Assembly: GCA_963701965.1 (NCBI GenBank)
Contig: OY969695.1
Location: forward strand, 1,536,001-1,600,000
Reading direction: 5' to 3'
Length of the DNA stretch: 64,000 nt
DNA from: an uncultured Gemmatimonadales bacterium
GTDB lineage: Bacteria > Gemmatimonadota > Gemmatimonadetes > Gemmatimonadales > Gemmatimonadaceae
Part shown: positions 59,198-64,000 of the stretch, piece by piece
Position numbering within the stretch: position 1 is the stretch's first letter
How the letters are laid out: every line of letters begins with the position of its first letter
The notes under the pieces: generated by a model
Database searches by the model: none
What the model was told of the DNA's origin: nothing
Seen by the model: the letters and a program-made list of their open reading frames with translations, nothing else
Made by a program: the position numbers and the translations under genes

Positions 59198-59764
59198 TCA
59201 CAGTTGGGCGTGGCGGAAGCACCGGAGCAAGTGATCATTCACGAGCCCGACCGCCTGCATGTACGAGTAGATGATCGTCGTACCAACGAACGAAAACCCA
59301 CGCGAACGGAGATCGGCGCTCAGCGCGTCTGACTGCACCGTTCGCGTGGGAACGTCGCCGATGGATCTCCGGCGCCGCGCGACGGGCCGGCCGCCCACGA
59401 ATGTCCATACATACCCATCGAACGTCCCAAATTCGTCTTGAATTTGGAGAAACGCGCGCGCGTTACTGATCGCCGACGCGATCTTCTGCCGGTTGCGGAT
59501 GATGCCGGGATCGGCCAGCAATCGCGCCGCGGTGCGCGGGGTGAACTTGGCGACCTGTTGCGGGTCGAAGTCCGCGAACGCGGCGCGGTAGGTATCGCGG
59601 CGCTTGAGGATCATCTCCCACGACAACCCCGCCTGCGCCCCTTCGAGGATCAGGAACTCGAAATGGGTCTGGTCCCAATGGACCGGCACGCCCCATTCCC
59701 GATCGTGGTACGCGATCATGCCCTCGGATCGCGCCCAAGGGCAGCGCGCGAGCTCAGTCGGCAC
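59198..59764 (-). CDS. tag: DNA-3-methyladenine glycosylase I
   Basis: RCPWA, YHDREWG, LEGAQAGLSW, GIIRNR, GLVNDH..C. GTG at 59764. Confidence 0.95.
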   Translation of the reverse strand: MPTELARCPWARSEGMIAYHDREWGVPVHWDQTHFEFLILEGAQAGLSWEMILKRRDTYRAAFADFDPQQVAKFTPRTAARLLADPGIIRNRQKIASAISNARAFLQIQDEFGTFDGYVWTFVGGRPVARRRRSIGDVPTRTVQSDALSADLRSRGFSFVGTTIIYSYMQAVGLVNDHLLRCFRHAQL

Positions 59765-61187
59765 TGGAGAGAGGCGCGGCCACCGCTTCCAGCGGCCGCC
59801 GTTCGGAGCGGAGCCCCAAGACCATCTCGGTGCCGGCCGCGAGCACCATGAACGCCGCGCCGGCCAGATAGCCGTACACGATGGATGACCGTTCCCCGCT
59901 GGCGATGAGCCGCCCGAATATCCAGGGCGAGGCGACGCCGCCGAGCAGTGTGCCGGTGGCGTAGAAAACGGCGATCGCCTGGGCGCGAATTTCCAGGGGA
60001 AAACTCTCGCTGATCGTAAGGTATGCCGAGCTGGCCGCCGCCAATGCGAAGAAAAAGATAAGGGTCCACATCCCCGTTTGGGTGGCGGCCGTGAACGCAT
60101 CGCGCCCAAACAGAACAGCCGCCAGGGCCAGGAGCAGACCGGAGAGTGCATAGGTCCCCGTGATCATCGGCCGCCGGCCCAGCGTATCGAACCACCGCCC
60201 CAGGAGCAAGGGTCCCGCGAAGTTCCCCACGGCGAACGGCAACAAGTACCACCCGACGCGCGCCGCCGGCACGTCGTAGAATTTCGACAGGACGAGCGCG
60301 TAGGTGAAGAAGATCGCGTTGTAAAAGAAGGCTTGCGCCGCGATCAGGACCACGCCCAGGATCGTGCGCCGCCGATACGTGGTGAAGAGCGTGCGGGCGA
60401 CGGTGGCGAGCGACGCATGTCCGCGCAACGCCAGTCGGATCCGCGCCGTCACGGGCGCCAGCGCCGTGCCCGACGAGGCGACGACCCGCGCCTCGATCTC
60501 CTCAATGGATCGCTGGGCGTCGGCGACGCGTCCGTGCACCATGAGCCAGCGCGGGCTCTCGGGGATGAAGCGGCGGAGGGGGAGGATGCCCAGTCCCAGC
60601 AGCGCGCCCAATCCGAACGCGGTCCGCCAGCCAATGTCGGGCGGGAGGCGCCCCGGATGGAGCACGACCAGCGTGCCGGCGGCGCCCAGCGCGGCGCCGA
60701 TCCAGAAGCTGCCGTTGATGGCGATGTCCGTCCGGCCACGAAAGCGGGCCGGGATCAGCTCCTGGATCGCCGAATTGATCGCGGTGCCCTCGCCGCCAAT
60801 GCCGGCGCCCGTGATGAATCGGAACGCCGCCAGGCTCCAGAAATCCCACGAGAACGCCGTGGCGGCCGTCCCGATCAGGTAGACGCCGAGCGTCACCATG
60901 AAGAGCCGTTTGCGGCCCAGGCGATCGGTCAGCCACCCGAACCCCAGCGCGCCGGCCACGACCCCGAACAGGTAGGCGCTGGCCGTGGCGCCGACCTGCG
61001 TCGCATCGAGGTGCATCGTGGGGCTCTCGCGGAGCGCCGAGCCGACCGCGCCGGCGAGGGTCACCTCGAGGCCATCCAGGATCCACGTAATCCCCAAGGC
61101 CAGCACCACCAGGGAGTGGAACGCGCTCCACGGCAGCCGGTCGAGCCGGCCCGGAATATCCGTCTCGAACGCAGCGGCGCGGGGCAT
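59754..61187 (-). CDS. Major facilitator superfamily transporter
   Basis: RLDRLPW, DRLGRK motif A, PESPRWL, multiple TM helices. Confidence 0.93.
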   Translation of the reverse strand: MPRAAAFETDIPGRLDRLPWSAFHSLVVLALGITWILDGLEVTLAGAVGSALRESPTMHLDATQVGATASAYLFGVVAGALGFGWLTDRLGRKRLFMVTLGVYLIGTAATAFSWDFWSLAAFRFITGAGIGGEGTAINSAIQELIPARFRGRTDIAINGSFWIGAALGAAGTLVVLHPGRLPPDIGWRTAFGLGALLGLGILPLRRFIPESPRWLMVHGRVADAQRSIEEIEARVVASSGTALAPVTARIRLALRGHASLATVARTLFTTYRRRTILGVVLIAAQAFFYNAIFFTYALVLSKFYDVPAARVGWYLLPFAVGNFAGPLLLGRWFDTLGRRPMITGTYALSGLLLALAAVLFGRDAFTAATQTGMWTLIFFFALAAASSAYLTISESFPLEIRAQAIAVFYATGTLLGGVASPWIFGRLIASGERSSIVYGYLAGAAFMVLAAGTEMVLGLRSERRPLEAVAAPLSSAD

Positions 61188-61223
61188 GCAGCGTCGCCTG
61201 TGCACAGCTTATGCTAGGAGCCT

Positions 61224-63575
61224 ATGGACGCGTCGTTTCGGAGCATTGGCCGGCGCCTGACCCTCCGGCTGTTCGGTCTCTCGATCATCTGCTGGTGGGT
61301 GGTGGGGTTCACCTTCTCCGCCCTGTGGTGGCTGACGAACGCCTACCAGCTGGCGTGGATCATCTTCTGCTACGCCTGGGAAGTCCCGCTCGTCGGCTGG
61401 ACCGGCGTCGTCCTCATCCCGTGGCTCCGGTGGCGGGCCATCGGCCGCGCGCTCTCCGCGAACGACCCGCGATCCGTGCGACAACTCTCGCGGTACCCGC
61501 AGTTCCTGGGGACGTGCGCCATCGCCACGAGCAGTGTGGGCTACGCCATCGGCGCGGTGCAGCTCATCGTGTTCGCGCACATGCCCTGGGTCGAGTCCCT
61601 CAAGATGTGCGTGCAGGGCGTGCTCCTGGGCGCGGTCCTCGGTGCCGCGGTGGCGCTGGAGGCCGAACGCGCCACGCGCGCGGTCGCGCTGGGTGATGCG
61701 CTCCGGAGCGTCGCCACCTCCGATCCGATCCGCCATACGCTGGCGACCAAGATCCGATACTTCACGATCGTGATTGCCCTCGGGGCGGCGCTGCCGATCC
61801 TGCTCTTCAGCTTGTCGCTGGAGCAGCGGCGCCTGGAGGAGACGCGCGGCATCGCCCTCTCGCACGAGTTGGCGACGCGGCCGACGGTCGGCGCACTGCC
61901 GGCGTTCGGGCCTCACACCAGTGTGTTCGCGACGGGGCCCGTGCCGCGCAACGCGGCGACGATCGCCGTCGGCGACGTGGTGATCGACGCCGATCGGAGC
62001 CTGTCCGCCGATACCGCGGGGTGGTTCGCCAGCCGGTTCGATGGTCACCGGGTCGTCGCGTTCCGGCGCGAGGCGGGCGGGCTCCTGGTCGCCGTCTCTC
62101 CGCTCGCCGACTATAGCCAGGGGTTGGTGACGACGTTGGTGCAGGTGGGGAGCGTGTGCCTGGTGGCGCTCGTCATCGCGTATCTCCTGGCCTTGTCTTT
62201 CGCCCGGAGCTTGGTCGAACCGCTGCAGCGGCTGCAACACGCGGCCGCCGAGATGGCGGAGGGCAAGCGGGACGTCGGCGCGGTGGCGGCGTTGGGCGGC
62301 GACGAAGTGGCGGCGCTCACGCGGCGATTCGACGCCATGGCGGCGCGGGTGCGTGAGGACGAGGCCAGCCTTCGGGCCGCCCAGGATCAGCTGGTGCAGT
62401 CCGAGAAATTGTCGGCCGTCGGCCGGGTCGTGTCGGGCATCGCGCACGAGTTGAACAATCCGCTCACCGCCATCCTGCATTTCGCCGACAACCTGCTGAG
62501 CGAGAGCGGCCATTCGGCGGGCGATCGCGAGATGCTGCAGTCGGTGGGGACCCAGGCCCGCCGCGCGCGGGCCATCGTCCGGGACCTCCTCTCGTTCGTG
62601 CGCGCCCGCACGCATCCGCAGGAAGCCGCGGACATCCACGACGTCATCCGCGATGCCGCCCGGGCGGTGGCGCCGGCCGTCGCCGAGGCCGGCGCCGCGT
62701 TCGTGCTGGCCGGCGATACCGGCGTGCCGTTGGTGCGCATCGACGCGTTGGGTATCGAGCAAGTGCTGACCAACATCATCGTCAACGGCGCCCAGGCCGC
62801 CGGCGCGGGCGGTGTCGTCGGGGTCTCCGTGTCCGTCGACGGCGACCGGGTGCATCTCTCGGTCGCCGACAGTGGTCCCGGGATCCCGCCCGAGGTGATG
62901 CCGCGCATCTTCGAGCCGTTTTTCACGACCAAAGGCCCCGGCAAGGGTACCGGCCTCGGCCTCGCCGTCTCCACGGGGGTCGTCCAGCAGCACGGAGGCC
63001 GGCTCACCGCCGAGAACCGTCCGGGTGGCGGCGCGATCTTCACCCTCGATGTGCCGGTGCATCCCGACCAGGCCGCGGCCGCGATCGCGCTCCGCGACCG
63101 GCGGGAACGCCTCGCGCGGGAAGAGGCGGCGGCCCGGGCGGCGCGCGCGGCGCAGGAGAATGGCGCCCGGGGCCCGCGGGAGACGGTCATGGTGATCGAC
63201 GACGAGGAGCCGATCCGCACGGCGCTCCGCCTCTTTCTCGAGCGCAGCGGGTGGGCGGTCGAGGAAGCGTCTAGCGGACACGTGGCGCTGGCGACGCTGC
63301 TGTCGGCGCCGGCCGATTCCTACCGGGCCGTGATCACCGACCTCACCATGCCGGATATGACGGGCATGCAGATTCACGACACACTCGCCGCCATGCGGCC
63401 CGACCTGTGGTCGCGGCTCATCATCGCCACCGGCGAAACGGTGTCCGATGCCGTCGTGTCGTTTCGGGCCCGGTCGGGCCGGCCGTTCCTGGAAAAACCA
63501 TTCGAGTTCGACGCGCTCGGCGACATCTTGGCGCAGATGCCCGGAGCGACGTCACACGCACGCGACATGGCTTGA
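61224..63575 (+). CDS. Membrane-bound hybrid sensor histidine kinase/response regulator
   Basis: AGGAG RBS, multi-TM N-terminus, HAMP, AHELNNPL, DSGPG/FEPFFTTK/GTGLGL, receiver IDDE..TDLTMP..KPF. Confidence 0.95.
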   Translation: MDASFRSIGRRLTLRLFGLSIICWWVVGFTFSALWWLTNAYQLAWIIFCYAWEVPLVGWTGVVLIPWLRWRAIGRALSANDPRSVRQLSRYPQFLGTCAIATSSVGYAIGAVQLIVFAHMPWVESLKMCVQGVLLGAVLGAAVALEAERATRAVALGDALRSVATSDPIRHTLATKIRYFTIVIALGAALPILLFSLSLEQRRLEETRGIALSHELATRPTVGALPAFGPHTSVFATGPVPRNAATIAVGDVVIDADRSLSADTAGWFASRFDGHRVVAFRREAGGLLVAVSPLADYSQGLVTTLVQVGSVCLVALVIAYLLALSFARSLVEPLQRLQHAAAEMAEGKRDVGAVAALGGDEVAALTRRFDAMAARVREDEASLRAAQDQLVQSEKLSAVGRVVSGIAHELNNPLTAILHFADNLLSESGHSAGDREMLQSVGTQARRARAIVRDLLSFVRARTHPQEAADIHDVIRDAARAVAPAVAEAGAAFVLAGDTGVPLVRIDALGIEQVLTNIIVNGAQAAGAGGVVGVSVSVDGDRVHLSVADSGPGIPPEVMPRIFEPFFTTKGPGKGTGLGLAVSTGVVQQHGGRLTAENRPGGGAIFTLDVPVHPDQAAAAIALRDRRERLAREEAAARAARAAQENGARGPRETVMVIDDEEPIRTALRLFLERSGWAVEEASSGHVALATLLSAPADSYRAVITDLTMPDMTGMQIHDTLAAMRPDLWSRLIIATGETVSDAVVSFRARSGRPFLEKPFEFDALGDILAQMPGATSHARDMA

Positions 63576-63610
63576 CGCGCCCGCCGGGGAGCGCATTGCT
63601 TCCAGGCCAT

Positions 63611-64000
63611 ATGCCGTTGCAATTCGATACCGCGGTGCCCGCCGGCACGCCGCCGGCGGCCTGCGTGGCCTGTCGCCAACCGGTGGGCGAGACCTACTTC
63701 ACCGCTGGAAAATCCGTCGTTTGCGCGCCGTGTAAGACGCGGATAGAGAACGCCCGCCCCACGAGCCCGGGACCCTTGCTGCTCCTCCGGGCGGTCGTGT
63801 GCGGCCTGGCCGGCGCCGCGGCCGGCGCGGTGCTGTATTACGCCATCCTGCGGGCCGGATTCCAGATCGCGTTTGTCGCGATCGCGGTCGGGTTCTTCGT
63901 CGGCCGCGCCATGCAGTTCGGCACGGGGGGCGCCCGAGGCCTCTCGCTCCAGATCATTGGCGTTGTCCTCACGTATGTGGGGATCGCCGCGGGCTACGCG
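63611..64000 (+). CDS. Membrane protein with N-terminal CxxC..CxxC motif (3' partial)
   Basis: Own translation: MPLQFD..CVACRQ..VCAPCK, then three hydrophobic helices. Open to the window end. Confidence 0.75.
   Translation, partial: MPLQFDTAVPAGTPPAACVACRQPVGETYFTAGKSVVCAPCKTRIENARPTSPGPLLLLRAVVCGLAGAAAGAVLYYAILRAGFQIAFVAIAVGFFVGRAMQFGTGGARGLSLQIIGVVLTYVGIAAGYA

Overview
A GC-rich, gene-dense bacterial chromosomal window from a diderm organism (it encodes a KDO transferase and TonB-dependent receptors). The gene style suggests Gemmatimonadota, but this is inference. (1) 1-17.6 kb, + strand housekeeping: partial ThiO-like oxidase, lipA-pdhA-pdhB-pdhC-lpdA-lipB, UvrD-like helicase, DinB-family protein, aminopeptidase (- strand), dnaE-accA-ricT/PSP1-metG. 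Three genes carry single-base frameshifts that look like sequencing errors. (2) 17.6-38.1 kb: four SusC/SusD (RagA/RagB) pairs on the - strand with no degradative enzyme except an M23 peptidase. Three pairs share a ttcTTGACA promoter and a 14-bp TACTA-N6-TAG box, which is triplicated in front of the fourth pair. (3) 38.4-49.4 kb, the best candidate for an undescribed system: a - strand cluster resembling the core of the myxobacterial Agl-Glt/Nfs envelope motor (secreted protein, 1522-aa TPR protein, GltF-like peptide, TolQ/ExbB, two ExbD/TolR, AgmX/PglI TonB-like protein). It is followed by a TPM-nucleotidyltransferase-lemA module that contains a second AgmX/PglI-domain lipoprotein. (4) 49.5-64 kb: DsbA, waaA, EAL protein, two beta-barrel-like proteins, an F1-only atpAGDC unit with a Rex/CRP-type palindrome over its promoter, SDR, cold-shock protein, tag, MFS transporter, hybrid histidine kinase and a partial Zn-finger membrane protein. 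No rRNA, tRNA, CRISPR array or mobile element was recognised. All family assignments are from motif recognition by eye; no searches were run.
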